NCBI GenBank assembly: GCA_041497975.1
Contig: JBGQHN010000003.1
Location: 1 to 53,209, forward strand
Reading direction: 5' to 3'
DNA: 53,209 nucleotides
From: Planctomycetia bacterium
Lineage (GTDB): Bacteria; Planctomycetota; Planctomycetia; Pirellulales; PALSA-1355
The notes beneath the pieces were generated by a model. That model ran no database searches. It worked only from the letters and a program-made list of their open reading frames with translations, and had not been told where the DNA came from. The translations under genes and the position numbers were made by a program. This document shows, piece by piece, positions 1 to 10,635 of the stretch; positions within the stretch are counted from its first letter, which is position 1; each line of letters begins with the position of its first letter.

Positions 1-1
1 C

Positions 2-271
2 GCAATCGCGCGCCGCGTCGAGCTGGCGCAAGGCATCGTCAGCACGCGGGCCAGGCAGTTGGAATCGCTCAGTCCGCTGGCCGTACTGGGCCGCGGCTAC
101 AGTTTGACCAGCCGCGCGCTCGACGGCCAGCTCGTGCGCTCGACGCGCCAATTGAGCCTGGGCCAGCAGATTCGCACGCGCCGGGCCCAGGGCGAAGTGA
201 CTAGCCGCGTGGAAACCATCGAGCCGTCAACCGACGAATTGCCGCCGGAGAAATCGCCGCGCCAAGTGTGA
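2..271 (+). CDS. xseA: Exodeoxyribonuclease VII large subunit, C-terminal fragment (truncated at window start)
   Basis: LESLSPLAVLGRGYS motif typical of the XseA C-terminus; frame open from base 2; directly upstream of xseB. Confidence 0.9.
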   Translation, partial: AIARRVELAQGIVSTRARQLESLSPLAVLGRGYSLTSRALDGQLVRSTRQLSLGQQIRTRRAQGEVTSRVETIEPSTDELPPEKSPRQV

Positions 272-337
272 CAACGCTTGTCGCCGCCTGACGGAAGAGC
301 GAGGATGAGCAGAAACCCCTCTGCGATGCGATGCAAA

Positions 338-706
338 ATGGCCGCTAAAGAAACTGAAAACTCGCCGGCCCCGGTGGAAAGTTTTGAAGACGCGCTTGCG
401 CAACTGGAGGCGATCGTCCGCGAACTCGAGGAAGGACAGGTTCCCCTGGCGCTCGGGCTGGCGCGGTACGAAGAGGGAGTCAAACTGCTCAAACAATGCT
501 ATCAACAGCTCGAACACGTCGAGCGGCGCATCGAATTGTTAAACCGTGTCGATCCCGAAGGAAATGCGCAGTGTGAGCCTTTTGACGATAGTGCGCTTTC
601 CCTGGAGGAAAAAGCCCGCGCACGGGGCCAGCGCCGGTCGCGCGCGGCGGATTCCGACGAGCCACAAACTGAAGACGAGATGGACGGACCCGGACGTCTC
701 TTTTAG
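338..706 (+). CDS. xseB: Exodeoxyribonuclease VII small subunit with C-terminal extension
   Basis: SFEDALAQLEAIVRELEEG...YEEGVKLLKQC signature; xseA-xseB-ispA-dxs synteny; start placed at ATG 338. Confidence 0.92.
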   Translation: MAAKETENSPAPVESFEDALAQLEAIVRELEEGQVPLALGLARYEEGVKLLKQCYQQLEHVERRIELLNRVDPEGNAQCEPFDDSALSLEEKARARGQRRSRAADSDEPQTEDEMDGPGRLF

Positions 707-778
707 AATGAAAGACTTCGGCCGCGCTTTTTTGCGGCGAGAATGTTTCGATTTGGTGGCTTTGTTGAATCTATTTCG

Positions 779-1675
779 ATGATCGACTCCACCGCGTTTT
801 CGCTCGAGTGTTATAGCCAACTGGCGCGCGAGCGCATCGATTGCGCGCTGGACAACTACACGCGCTTCGATCGCGGATGTCCCGATCAATTGCGCGAAGC
901 AATTCGCTACAGTTTGCTCGGGCCGGGCAAGCGATTGCGACCGATGCTGGTGCTTTTGGCCGCCGAAGCGTGCGGCGGAAACGCCCAGCGCGCGCTGCCC
1001 GCGGCTTGCGCCGTGGAAATGGTGCACGCATATTCTCTGATTCACGATGACTTGCCGGCGATGGATGACGATGACATGCGGCGCGGACGACCGACGTGCC
1101 ACAAGGCGTTTGGCGAGGCCGTGGCAATTCTCGCCGGCGACGCGCTCGTGACCTTGGCGTTCGAAGTGCTCGCGCGCGACATTCATCCAGGGTCGGTCGC
1201 CGCGCAATGTTGCGCGGTGCTGGCGCACGCGGCGGGCGCGACGGAATTAGTCGGCGGGCAAGCCGATGATCTGGCCGGCGAATTCTCAAACGGCGGAACG
1301 GAACCGCTGGAGGCGATTCATCGTCGCAAGACCGGCGCGATCTTTCTGGCTTCGCTCGAGCTTGGCGCGCTCGTGGCCGGCGCCGACGTTTCGCAGCACG
1401 CCGCCTTGAGCCAATTCGGCCAACGCTTGGGACTGGCGTTTCAAATCACCGACGACTTGCTCGACGTCCGCGGCGACGCCAGCGCCATGGGAAAGCGCGC
1501 GGGCAAAGATTCGAACCGGGGAAAGCTCACCTTTCCAGGAATCCTGGGAGTGGAAGAGAGCGTGCGTCGAGCCGAGTCGCTGGTCAGCCAGGCGCGTGGG
1601 GCGCTTGCGCCGCTGGCGCCACATGCCAAGGGATTGGATGCCTTGGCACAATACGTTCTTGAGAGGAATCATTAA
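779..1675 (+). CDS. ispA: Farnesyl/geranylgeranyl diphosphate synthase
   Basis: GKRLRP, DDLPAMDDDDMRRG (FARM), KT and FQITDDLLD (SARM) motifs. Confidence 0.93.
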   Translation: MIDSTAFSLECYSQLARERIDCALDNYTRFDRGCPDQLREAIRYSLLGPGKRLRPMLVLLAAEACGGNAQRALPAACAVEMVHAYSLIHDDLPAMDDDDMRRGRPTCHKAFGEAVAILAGDALVTLAFEVLARDIHPGSVAAQCCAVLAHAAGATELVGGQADDLAGEFSNGGTEPLEAIHRRKTGAIFLASLELGALVAGADVSQHAALSQFGQRLGLAFQITDDLLDVRGDASAMGKRAGKDSNRGKLTFPGILGVEESVRRAESLVSQARGALAPLAPHAKGLDALAQYVLERNH

Positions 1676-1677
1676 AC

Positions 1678-3594
1678 ATGGACAAGTTGCTCTCCAAAAT
1701 CGAATCCCCGCGCGACCTCCAGGGACTCTCGAACGCCGACCTCGAACAACTCGCCGGCGAAATGCGCGAGGTGCTCTGCAACCTGGTCTCTAATCGCACG
1801 GCCCATTTCGCTTCCAACCTGGGAGTCGTCGAGCTGTGCCTCGCGCTACATACCACCTTCGACTTCAGCCGCGACCGGCTCATCTGGGACACCGGCCATC
1901 AAATCTATCCGCACAAGTTGATCACGGGCCGCTATCACGAGTTTGGGACCATGCGCACCAAGGGTGGACTGATGGGATATCCCAATCCCCATGAGAGCCC
2001 CTATGACTTGTTCATGACCGGACACGCCGGCTGCAGCATCTCCACCGTGTTGGGACTCAAGTGCGGCGACGACTTGACCAATGGCCAGGAAGAACGCCAC
2101 GCGGTGGCCGTCATCGGCGACGGCGCGTTCCCGTCGGGCATCGTCTACGAAGCCATGAACAACGCCGGCGGAATGCGCAAGAACCTGTTGGTGATTCTCA
2201 ACGACAACCAAATGTCGATCTGTCCGCGCGTGGGTGGATTGGGCGAGTATCTCGATCGGCTGCGCATCAATACGTTCTATACCGGTTTGAAAAGCGAAGT
2301 CCTCAAGATCCTGAACAAGGTGCCGCTCTTCGGCGATCCGGCCGAACGCTTTTTGGCCCAGGTCAAGGAATCGATCAAGGCCGGCCTGCACGGCGGAATG
2401 CTCTTCGAGGAGCTCAATTTCCGATACATCGGCCCCGTCGACGGCCACAACATTCCCCAGCTCCGCAAATATCTGACGATGGTCAAGAACGTGCCCGGAC
2501 CAGTCCTGTTGCACGTGGTTACCGAAAAAGGACACGGCTTCAAGCCGGCGGCCGAAGATCCGGTGTTCTTTCATACGCCCGCGCCGTTCACCTGCGAAGA
2601 TGAAGGCGTCGTGGCGTTCAAGAAGAGTTCAACCACGGCCTATACCGACGTGGTGAGCCAGGCGCTGCACGAGCAGATGGAGATCAATCCCAAGGTCACG
2701 GTCATGACCGCCGCGATGTGCCAAGGCACGAAGCTCGAGCCGATTCGCAAGACCTATCCCGACCGCTTTTTCGATACCGGGATTTGCGAGTCGCACACCG
2801 TCGCTTTCGCGGCCGGCCAGGCCAAGGCCGGAATGCGGCCGGTGGTCGACATCTACAGCACGTTCCTGCAACGCAGCTACGATCAGATTTTCCAGGAAGT
2901 GGCCCTGCAGAATTTGCCCGTCACGTTCGTCCTGGACCGCGCGGGGCTGACGGGCCCCGACGGACCCACGCACCACGGCGTGTTCGACTTGGGCTACATG
3001 CGACTATTGCCCAACATGGTCGTGATGGCGCCGGGCGACGCGAGCGACCTGCGGGCGATGCTCAGTTTTGCCCTGTCCCACGACAGCCCGGCCGCGATTC
3101 GCTATCCGAAGGCCGCCGCCGAAAAGGTCGATGGCGCGCGCACGCCCATCGAATTGGGACGAGCGGAAGTCATCGATTGGGGGCACGACGGCATGATCAT
3201 CGCCTGCGGCACGCTATTGGTCAACTGCATCAAGGCCGCCGCGATCTTACGCGAAGAAGGACTTGACGTCGGCGTCATCAACGCGCGATTCGTCAAGCCG
3301 CTCGACACCGAGGTCATGCTGCGTGCGATAACCACCAGCCCGTTCGTGCTTACCGTGGAGGAGGCCGCGTTGGCGGGTGGTTTCGGCAGCGCGGTATTGG
3401 AATCGGCGGCCGACGCGGGCCAAAACGCCGCGCACGTGCGACGGCTCGGAGTCCCAGATCGATTTATCGAACATGCCGAACGGGGCGAACTCTTGGCCGA
3501 CCTGGGACTGGATGCGGCGGGCATCGCCTTGGCGTGTCGGCAATTGGCGGCCCGGGTCGACAAAAAGACTTCCGAACGCCGCCGGGTCAGCTGA
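1678..3594 (+). CDS. dxs: 1-deoxy-D-xylulose-5-phosphate synthase
   Basis: DTGHQIYPHK, GDGA..N TPP motif, YSTFLQRSYDQ, DRAG, DGPTHHG. Confidence 0.97.
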   Translation: MDKLLSKIESPRDLQGLSNADLEQLAGEMREVLCNLVSNRTAHFASNLGVVELCLALHTTFDFSRDRLIWDTGHQIYPHKLITGRYHEFGTMRTKGGLMGYPNPHESPYDLFMTGHAGCSISTVLGLKCGDDLTNGQEERHAVAVIGDGAFPSGIVYEAMNNAGGMRKNLLVILNDNQMSICPRVGGLGEYLDRLRINTFYTGLKSEVLKILNKVPLFGDPAERFLAQVKESIKAGLHGGMLFEELNFRYIGPVDGHNIPQLRKYLTMVKNVPGPVLLHVVTEKGHGFKPAAEDPVFFHTPAPFTCEDEGVVAFKKSSTTAYTDVVSQALHEQMEINPKVTVMTAAMCQGTKLEPIRKTYPDRFFDTGICESHTVAFAAGQAKAGMRPVVDIYSTFLQRSYDQIFQEVALQNLPVTFVLDRAGLTGPDGPTHHGVFDLGYMRLLPNMVVMAPGDASDLRAMLSFALSHDSPAAIRYPKAAAEKVDGARTPIELGRAEVIDWGHDGMIIACGTLLVNCIKAAAILREEGLDVGVINARFVKPLDTEVMLRAITTSPFVLTVEEAALAGGFGSAVLESAADAGQNAAHVRRLGVPDRFIEHAERGELLADLGLDAAGIALACRQLAARVDKKTSERRRVS

Positions 3595-3765
3595 TCGAAT
3601 CAAACCCTCGGATGCACTCGTCGCCGCGACGAGCTAACTTTCCCACGGAATCGGCCCAACGAGCCGCTCGCCAGCGTGCGCTGGCTGCCATCGGCCGAGC
3701 GGACAAACTTCGGCCCGCGAGCCGCCTGCTTCCTTCCGGCCGTGCCGTCTTCTATGATCAGTCTC

Positions 3766-4650
3766 ATGGGCACACAGCGGGCCGCGACCGATCCAGCCGT
3801 CACCAGCAAGCGGATGAAACTGTTGCTATTGGCGGCCAGCGAACGCGGCGAACTGGCGGCGGAAGCCACGCGGCTTGCGCCGCTGGTCGCCGAGCATGCT
3901 GACGTATTGACGCGCGACCTGGCGCTGGGCGAGGACCTTTCGCAACTCGATTTCGATCTGGCAATCGTAGTCGGGGGCGACGGCTCTATGCTGCGAGCCG
4001 CGCATCAAATGGGCCGACGCCAGCGACCTGTTATCGGCGTAAATCTGGGGAAACTGGGATTCCTGGCCGATCTGTCGCCCGATGAACTTCTGGCTCGCTT
4101 GCCGGAGATTTGCGCAGGCCAGTTCTCGGCGATCGAGCAGCTGATGTACGAGTGCAGCGTCATACGCGGCGGGAAAGTGATCCACCATCGGCTTGGGCTG
4201 AACGAAGTAGCGGTGCTAGCCGGTCCGCCGTTTGCAATTCTAAGTCTCGATCTCTACGTTGACTCGGAATTAGTCACCACCTATAGTTGCGACGGTTTGA
4301 TCATTAGCACGCCGGTTGGTTCGACGGCCCACAACCTTTCGGCCGGTGGTCCGATCTTGCGGCAGGATCTGCAGGCATTTGTGATTTCTCCGATCAGCCC
4401 GCATACGTTGACCAATCGGCCGGTCGTTGATTCGGCCGACCGGATTTACGAGTTGGTCGTACCCAAGCCGCACGAGGGCACGTCGATCGTGGCCGATGGG
4501 CGGATGGTGTGCAAGCTGGAAGCGGAAGACCGCGTGCGCGTCGAGCGCTCGCTGGCGAGATTTCAACTTCTGGCTTTGCCCGGCCACACGTACTATCGCA
4601 CGCTGCGTGAAAAGCTCGGTTGGGGTGGACGGTTGCAGATGCGAGGTTGA
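3766..4650 (+). CDS. nadK: NAD(+) kinase
   Basis: GGDGS, GVNLGKLGFL, NE, DGLIISTPVGSTAHNLSAGGP; start uncertain (3754/3766/3814). Confidence 0.93.
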   Translation: MGTQRAATDPAVTSKRMKLLLLAASERGELAAEATRLAPLVAEHADVLTRDLALGEDLSQLDFDLAIVVGGDGSMLRAAHQMGRRQRPVIGVNLGKLGFLADLSPDELLARLPEICAGQFSAIEQLMYECSVIRGGKVIHHRLGLNEVAVLAGPPFAILSLDLYVDSELVTTYSCDGLIISTPVGSTAHNLSAGGPILRQDLQAFVISPISPHTLTNRPVVDSADRIYELVVPKPHEGTSIVADGRMVCKLEAEDRVRVERSLARFQLLALPGHTYYRTLREKLGWGGRLQMRG

Positions 4651-4697
4651 AGCGAATTTACCCGGCCGCCGCTCAAACGACTCGAAAGGATGCGAGT

Positions 4698-5714
4698 ATG
4701 TTGAGATTCTCTTATGTACTCCTATTGCTTGCTTGCGCCTTGTGTGGCCGCCAGCGCGCGTACGCGGACGAGCCAATCAACCCGGCCGACGATCCGGCGC
4801 CAGCCGATTCCGCGACGGAAACCGGCGACGCGCCGCCCGCTGACGCACAACAGTACGACTTGCAATACAAGTTCACGCCGGGCGAGGTGCTGCGGTCCGA
4901 AATCGTGCATCGCGCCGCCGTGCAAACCACGATCGACGGCACCACGCAAAAAGCCGAAACGCAAAGCAAGTCCATCAAATCCTGGCGGATCAACGACGTG
5001 ACGCCCGAGGGCAACGTCACGTTCGTCCACATGGTCGAGAGCATCGACATGTGGCAGCGCTCGCAAGGCCGTAAAGAGATTCGCTACAACAGCCAAACGG
5101 ACAGCGAGGCTCCGCCGGGTTATGAGGAAGTGGCCAAGGCCGTCGGAGTTCCCCTGACGATCGTCACCATGGACGATCGCGGAAAGATCCTCAAACGGCA
5201 GGAAAAGCGATCGCAGCCGGGTAGCATGTCGACCCAGATGACGATGCCCCTGCCGGATCATCCGATCAGCGCGGGTGAGACGTGGACCAGCCCCATCGAT
5301 ATCGACGTGGTCCTCAAGGACGGATCTACGAAAAAATATCATACGCGGCAGAAATTCACCTTGGAGAACGTCGTCGAGGGCGTGGCCACGATCGCGGTGG
5401 ATTCCCAGGTGCTCACTCCCATCTCGGATCCGGCGGTCGAAGCGCAGTTGATTCAGCGGCTTTCATCCGGAAGCGTACGGTTCGATCTTGCCAACGGCCG
5501 GGTTTTGGGACAACAGCTGGACTTGGACCGGCACGTGGTTGGCTTTAGCGGGCCGGCCAGCAGCATGCACTACGTGACGCGTTTCACCGAGGAAGTGCTC
5601 CCTCAGAATCAGGCGACCGCGCATCGCCCCGCCGTTCGCGGTGCGACGATTGAAGCAGCCCCTGATGCCGCCAACAAGCCGGCGGCGAAATCGAAAGCAA
5701 CGCCGCGCCGCTAA
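4698..5714 (+). CDS. Secreted hypothetical protein (DUF6263-like)
   Basis: N-terminal signal peptide (..RAYA|D), YDLQYKFTPGE start of a beta-rich domain, LPDHPISAGETW motif. Confidence 0.65.
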   Translation: MLRFSYVLLLLACALCGRQRAYADEPINPADDPAPADSATETGDAPPADAQQYDLQYKFTPGEVLRSEIVHRAAVQTTIDGTTQKAETQSKSIKSWRINDVTPEGNVTFVHMVESIDMWQRSQGRKEIRYNSQTDSEAPPGYEEVAKAVGVPLTIVTMDDRGKILKRQEKRSQPGSMSTQMTMPLPDHPISAGETWTSPIDIDVVLKDGSTKKYHTRQKFTLENVVEGVATIAVDSQVLTPISDPAVEAQLIQRLSSGSVRFDLANGRVLGQQLDLDRHVVGFSGPASSMHYVTRFTEEVLPQNQATAHRPAVRGATIEAAPDAANKPAAKSKATPRR

Positions 5715-6946
5715 CCGCCGACGCGCCGCGCCACGATGGCCGTCACCTGCTTGCCAACGCGCGCGATCAACAGCGCAGCCGACTGGCTTCCCGCCAGGTT
5801 CAGTTGCCGACGCGTGAGCGCCGGATCGAGCTCGACGCCGCGCTTCTTGATCTCCAACTGCCCGACGTCCAAAGATCGCAACAGTTCCTTGACGGGCTTG
5901 ACGCGAAACGGCAGTACTTCGAGCACGACGAAACATGCCAGCGCCGGATCGCGGATCGGCCGCTCGCCGGTCCAGTAGGCAACGCGCGGAGCGATAGCCA
6001 CTAATGCGTGCTCGGCTGCCAACTGCCCGCCCAGCTTCGCGGCCAACACGGCGGCGTCCGGCTCGAACACGTAGCTGCCAATTGCGCCGGCCAGCGGCGG
6101 TTCCAGGTCGTCAACTCCGACGATCGACCGCGCCGCCGCCGAGGCGCCAAGCACCGTCGCTCGACGTTTTCCGGCGTCACGTGCCAGACCGCCAAACCAG
6201 GCCACGAGCTGCCGGCACTGGCCGCCCCGGCTAATCCATTCGAGTTCCGCGCGCTGCGGCCAGCCATCTGGCATTTGCGCCGCCGGCGCCAATTTGATGG
6301 CGGCGTTCGGGTTTTGCTCCAGCAGTCGCGCGATCGCGTCCGATCGCGGCTCATGCAGTTCCACGCGCGTCGTGCGGCGGCCGCTGGGTCGACGGTCGGG
6401 ATCGATGTGCCAGGCCGCACTCTCGGCGACGTCCAGCCGCTCGACGTCGCGATTGCAAACTTCTGGGCAACGAGAGCCTGAGTCAGGCTCTTGGGGGCCG
6501 CCGAGCACAACTCGTGCATTGGCCGCCGCAAGCGTGGTCATCAGCGGATCGCGGTCGAAACCGGTTGCCGTGCCCCGGCGGGACAGGGCAAGCAAGTCGC
6601 CGCCAATTCCGCAACACAGGTCGAAGATTGGCTGTCCGGGCGAAAATCGCTCGGCCTTATGCGCGGCCACCCACTGGTCGGTCGATTGCTCCAAGGCGCG
6701 AGGCGTGAAGAACATCCGCCCGGCGGCCGAAAACTTTTGACTGGCTCGTTTGCGCAGCTCAACTTGCTCCAACACCAGGTGAGTCCGCGCGGGCGAAAGC
6801 TCCTTGCGCATTTGGGCCACCTTTGCCGTCAGCGAGGGCTGTACGGCGGCGGCCGAATACAGCCAGGGTTCAGCCGCCGAACTGGTCAACCAACGAAAGT
6901 CGTCCAACCGAGCCTGCGTCAGTTCAACAGCGTTTGATCTTGGCAT
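5711..6946 (-). CDS. Class I SAM-dependent methyltransferase with THUMP-like C-terminal domain
   Basis: ALEQST, DLCCGIGGD SAM motif, DPDRR, EPDAAV, EIKKRG. Confidence 0.85.
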   Translation of the reverse strand: MPRSNAVELTQARLDDFRWLTSSAAEPWLYSAAAVQPSLTAKVAQMRKELSPARTHLVLEQVELRKRASQKFSAAGRMFFTPRALEQSTDQWVAAHKAERFSPGQPIFDLCCGIGGDLLALSRRGTATGFDRDPLMTTLAAANARVVLGGPQEPDSGSRCPEVCNRDVERLDVAESAAWHIDPDRRPSGRRTTRVELHEPRSDAIARLLEQNPNAAIKLAPAAQMPDGWPQRAELEWISRGGQCRQLVAWFGGLARDAGKRRATVLGASAAARSIVGVDDLEPPLAGAIGSYVFEPDAAVLAAKLGGQLAAEHALVAIAPRVAYWTGERPIRDPALACFVVLEVLPFRVKPVKELLRSLDVGQLEIKKRGVELDPALTRRQLNLAGSQSAALLIARVGKQVTAIVARRVGG

Positions 6947-7081
6947 GGATACACATCAGCTTGCGCCGCGGAGACTTCGGCGCAATTGGCCTTGAACTTG
7001 CCGCCGCCCGCTCGATGATTACCATATCGATCGGCGTGTCACAAGCCGGCGGCGACGAAGAACCAGCGCGAATCGACATCC

Positions 7082-7678
7082 ATGGCCGAAGCGGACCGAA
7101 TGCTGGGATTGTATTTGCATTTGGCACGAGCCAGCCACATGCGCCGGCAGCCCATGGTCCGCGACAAGCTGTTGGTCTTGGCGGGCGTGCAGGCCCAACA
7201 CATGGGACTCGAGCAGATTTCGGCCCTTTGCCGGCACAAGATTTTGGCGCACAACACCCGACACCTGCTGCGTTGGTGGCCCACGCTGACGGCGGCCATG
7301 GAGGACGAAAAGTTCCAATCGTATTTCAAACAACTCAAACGCCGCTACTCGCCAGAAAAGATCGAGCACATGCTGCACTCGTTGGGAATCGAGTTGGGCC
7401 GCGAGCGTGAGGCCTACTTTAACGACTTGGAGTATGCGGCCGCCTTGCTCGATACGCGGCCAGACTCAATCGCCGGCATCCTGGCAAACAATCGCAGCGA
7501 ACAGGCCGACACCGTCGGCTCGGCGGGCCCGGCCGACGCTGCCGCGGCAAGCGCCAAGCAGGCTCGGGCACCGTGGACCGCCCGGCGGCTGCTCAACTTT
7601 CTGATTGTATGGGGGCCATGGATGCTCGTGGCCTTTGTGGCCTCGGTTGTAACGTTCGTGCGAGCACTGCTGCATTGA
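7082..7678 (+). CDS. Conserved hypothetical protein with C-terminal TM helix
   Basis: GC-rich-type codon usage, helical soluble domain, hydrophobic C-terminus. Confidence 0.7.
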   Translation: MAEADRMLGLYLHLARASHMRRQPMVRDKLLVLAGVQAQHMGLEQISALCRHKILAHNTRHLLRWWPTLTAAMEDEKFQSYFKQLKRRYSPEKIEHMLHSLGIELGREREAYFNDLEYAAALLDTRPDSIAGILANNRSEQADTVGSAGPADAAAASAKQARAPWTARRLLNFLIVWGPWMLVAFVASVVTFVRALLH

Positions 7679-7839
7679 AATCGCGCTCGATGGGGATTGT
7701 GCCGATTAAAGGTCGCGAAACGGATTGTCGCTGCGGGCAAATTGACTTGCCTGGCCGAGCCCCCAAGCAAGCCACACGGATCGCTCAGCCGATAAAGTGA
7801 AAAGATTGGCGGCGGACGGTTTTCGGGGTATTCGTGTCG

Positions 7840-8508
7840 ATGCTAAAACGCCTGTTTTTTTTATCGGTCATGATAGGCATGGTCGGGATGCCGTACCTGA
7901 TGTCCTCGTCATCGCAGTGGTGGAATTCTCTGACCTCGCAGTTCTCCGGGGGCAGCGCCGATGGCAAAGCCGCTGCGGCCAGCGCTGGCGCCAAGCAGCC
8001 TGGCAGCTCGTCAACGGCCAAGGGCGACCGGAACGGCGCCAAAGGTTTCGACACCGTGGCAAATTCGCGGACCATCGAAGGCCCCGCCGCCCAAAACCTG
8101 GCCGAAGTGATACAGTTCGATGGCTCGCCGGCATGGGTCATGGCCCGCTGGCCTCGCGTCACCGCCGGGCTGGCCGATCTGGATCTGCAGGGCTACCGGG
8201 TGCCGCTGGTCAGCGGCACGTCACAGGACGATCTGGCCGGATCATTGACGTACTACTTCGATAAGAATCAGCGCATGTCGCGGATCATTTTTCACGGCGC
8301 GACCGGCGATCCGCGCAAACTGATCGCGCTGGTCACGTCGCGCTACAACTTCGAGCCGCAAAAGACCGACGACCCCAGCCTGGCGTTGTTCCAGGCGAAG
8401 TGGAACGGCAAGCCGCACAGCGAGCTGCGAATCCGCCCGGCCCGCGTCGTGCGCGCGGATCAACCTTACGCTCGCTTCGAAGTCGACCTGGCCATGAAGC
8501 GGCCCTGA
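7840..8508 (+). CDS. Membrane-anchored hypothetical protein (DUF6690-like)
   Basis: N-terminal TM anchor; WVMARWPRV, GYRVPLVSG, DLAGSLTYYFD, G.TGDP motifs. Confidence 0.7.
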   Translation: MLKRLFFLSVMIGMVGMPYLMSSSSQWWNSLTSQFSGGSADGKAAAASAGAKQPGSSSTAKGDRNGAKGFDTVANSRTIEGPAAQNLAEVIQFDGSPAWVMARWPRVTAGLADLDLQGYRVPLVSGTSQDDLAGSLTYYFDKNQRMSRIIFHGATGDPRKLIALVTSRYNFEPQKTDDPSLALFQAKWNGKPHSELRIRPARVVRADQPYARFEVDLAMKRP

Positions 8509-8539
8509 TCCACTCGCTTTCATCACCGCCGCGGCGACA

Positions 8540-9529
8540 CTACTTCGTATCGGCAGATTCCTTCGCGCCTTCGGTCGCCCGTCGGGCTTCAAGCTTTTCG
8601 ATCCGCTCTTCCAATTCGCGAATCCGTGCCTCAAGGGCCTCGATGCGGGCCTGCGCTGGGGCATTGAGCGCGGGAGCCTCGCTGGGGCGTGGTCGCGGCG
8701 CGACCGGCCGGCCGCGCACTTGCGCGCCCCCAGCAGCGGTGGACGCTGGTTCGCTTAGAAAAACCGTCTTTCGAACCTCCGCACCGGCCTGCACGTACGT
8801 CAGCTCGATTTGGTCTTTGCGCGCGCCGCGGACGGCGGCGACCAGGTCCTGCGGCGCATCAATCGCTTGATTGTCGACGGCCGTGATCACGGCGCCCAAG
8901 GGAATACCCGCCCGCTCGGCAGGCGAGCCGGCCGCCAGCAAAATCACCACCGCGCCTTTCGTGTCCGACAGATTGTTTTGACGCCGCGCGTCCTCAGTGA
9001 CCGCTGACGTGCGAACTCCCAAGCGCGGTCCAGGCGGCGGATCGGTTGGTCCGGCCGGCCGGGCGCTCGGCCCAGGCAGCTCCTCGGGAGCCTTGCCGGC
9101 CGGCAACGGGCGTACGCGTCGGCCCAACACAACAACCTCGTCGCGCTCGACTCCGTTGCGTTGCACGCTAATCGTCAATCGCGCACCGACTGGCTTTCCC
9201 TCAATTGCCTGCGCCATGTCGTCCATCGCCAGGATCGGCCGGCCGTCGATCGACGTAATCACGTCGCCCTTTTGCACCCCGCTTTGGGCCGCAGGTCCGC
9301 CTGCGACCACGTCCACTACCTGCACGCCGCGACCCGCGCCTTGCCGTTTATTGACAACCAGGCCCAGGTAACCCGGTTCGGCCGCGCCGCGGGCATCAGG
9401 GTTTTGCGCCGCGCCGACCTGGTCGCGCAACAAACGTTCGACGCGATTCAAGATCGGTTGCGCACAAAGGACGCCACTCGAGACGAGTTCGCAAATGACG
9501 GCGCCCAACACTATGGAAAGCGACTTCAT
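8540..9529 (-). CDS. Secreted tandem-PDZ protein with C-terminal coiled coil
   Basis: Signal peptide; two PDZ units (GYLGL..GGPAAQSGVQKGDVI; RLGV..GSPAERAGIPLGAVI); RIEALEARIRELEERIEKLE. Confidence 0.85.
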   Translation of the reverse strand: MKSLSIVLGAVICELVSSGVLCAQPILNRVERLLRDQVGAAQNPDARGAAEPGYLGLVVNKRQGAGRGVQVVDVVAGGPAAQSGVQKGDVITSIDGRPILAMDDMAQAIEGKPVGARLTISVQRNGVERDEVVVLGRRVRPLPAGKAPEELPGPSARPAGPTDPPPGPRLGVRTSAVTEDARRQNNLSDTKGAVVILLAAGSPAERAGIPLGAVITAVDNQAIDAPQDLVAAVRGARKDQIELTYVQAGAEVRKTVFLSEPASTAAGGAQVRGRPVAPRPRPSEAPALNAPAQARIEALEARIRELEERIEKLEARRATEGAKESADTK

Positions 9530-9714
9530 GGTGCCACCTGATAAAGTAAATCGTGTTTTTGAGCATTGAGGCTATTATCGTCAGGCACGCGCGGCCAGGC
9601 CGCCGCACCCTTTCCAGGCGCGCATGGCAATTACGGCCCGTATCGGTCACCGGTTTTGCGCATTATAGTCGGTCTGTCGGTCACGGGATAACGCAAGCGG
9701 ATCGAGATAGTTTC

Positions 9715-10635
9715 ATGGTGGCAAAAAATCGCGGCGACTCGGATGTGCATGTCCACGCCGTACCGCCGAGCGATCAAGAGCGCGCGCTGGAGTTGGTCTT
9801 CGTGCATCTTCCGCCGGCAGAGCGGGAGCGAGCGATCGCGGGCGTCGTGGCCGAATCGCGGGCAGCGCCGCTAGCGGGTTTGTGGGGCGCGTATCGGGGC
9901 GAACATTTAGTCGCGGCCGTCTACGTGCAAATTCAGCCGGGCAAGACGGCAGTGGTCTCGACGCCGCGGACAACTTCCGATCAGCCGCCCGAAGTGATCG
10001 GCAAGCTACTAAAGCGCGTCGTCGCCGAACTGCCAAGCCAGGGCGTGAAATTGGCCCAGGCTCTGCTGGAAACCGATTCGGGCGCCGATGCCGAAGTATT
10101 GCGCAATGCCGGTTTTCAGCACGCCTCTAACCTGTTGTATCTGGTGAGCTTGCGCGGTTCGTTTCCCACGTCGCGTAGCCCAGAGCCTCTGGAGTTTATC
10201 GCATATTCGCCGCGCGACCACCTTCGGCTGGCGAACGTCGTCGAGCAAACCTACACGGGCTCGCTCGATTGTCCGCAACTCGACCGTGCGCGCGACATCG
10301 AGGACGTTTTGGCCGGATACCGTGCCACGGGTGTTTTCGATCCCGCGCGGTGGATGATCGTTGTCCACCAGGGACGCGACGTTGGTTGCCTGCTGTTGGC
10401 CGACTACCCGCCGAGCAATCAATGGGAATTGGTCTATATGGGCGTGGTGCCCGAGGCCCGCGGACGGGGATTCGGCGTGTCGATCATTCGTCATGCTCAA
10501 TGGCTCGCTAGAGAAGCCGGCCGCCAGCGGGTGGTGTTGGCGGTCGACGCCGCCAATTCGCCCGCGATCGCCGTCTACGCGTCGGCGGGCTTCGTAACCT
10601 GGGACCACCGCAGCGTGTTCTTGCGCATGTACTGA
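9715..10635 (+). CDS. Tandem GNAT acetyltransferase
   Basis: YMGVVPEARGRGFG acetyl-CoA motif A and VDAANSPAIAVYASAGF motif B; degenerate N-terminal GNAT. Confidence 0.85.
   Translation: MVAKNRGDSDVHVHAVPPSDQERALELVFVHLPPAERERAIAGVVAESRAAPLAGLWGAYRGEHLVAAVYVQIQPGKTAVVSTPRTTSDQPPEVIGKLLKRVVAELPSQGVKLAQALLETDSGADAEVLRNAGFQHASNLLYLVSLRGSFPTSRSPEPLEFIAYSPRDHLRLANVVEQTYTGSLDCPQLDRARDIEDVLAGYRATGVFDPARWMIVVHQGRDVGCLLLADYPPSNQWELVYMGVVPEARGRGFGVSIIRHAQWLAREAGRQRVVLAVDAANSPAIAVYASAGFVTWDHRSVFLRMY

Noticed and set aside
7767-7793. Possible shared ECF-like motif (CAAG/CCAG...GCCGAT), also at 21641-21669
   Set aside because: Spacing differs (16 vs 18) and GCCGAT is common in GC-rich DNA; needs genome-wide statistics.
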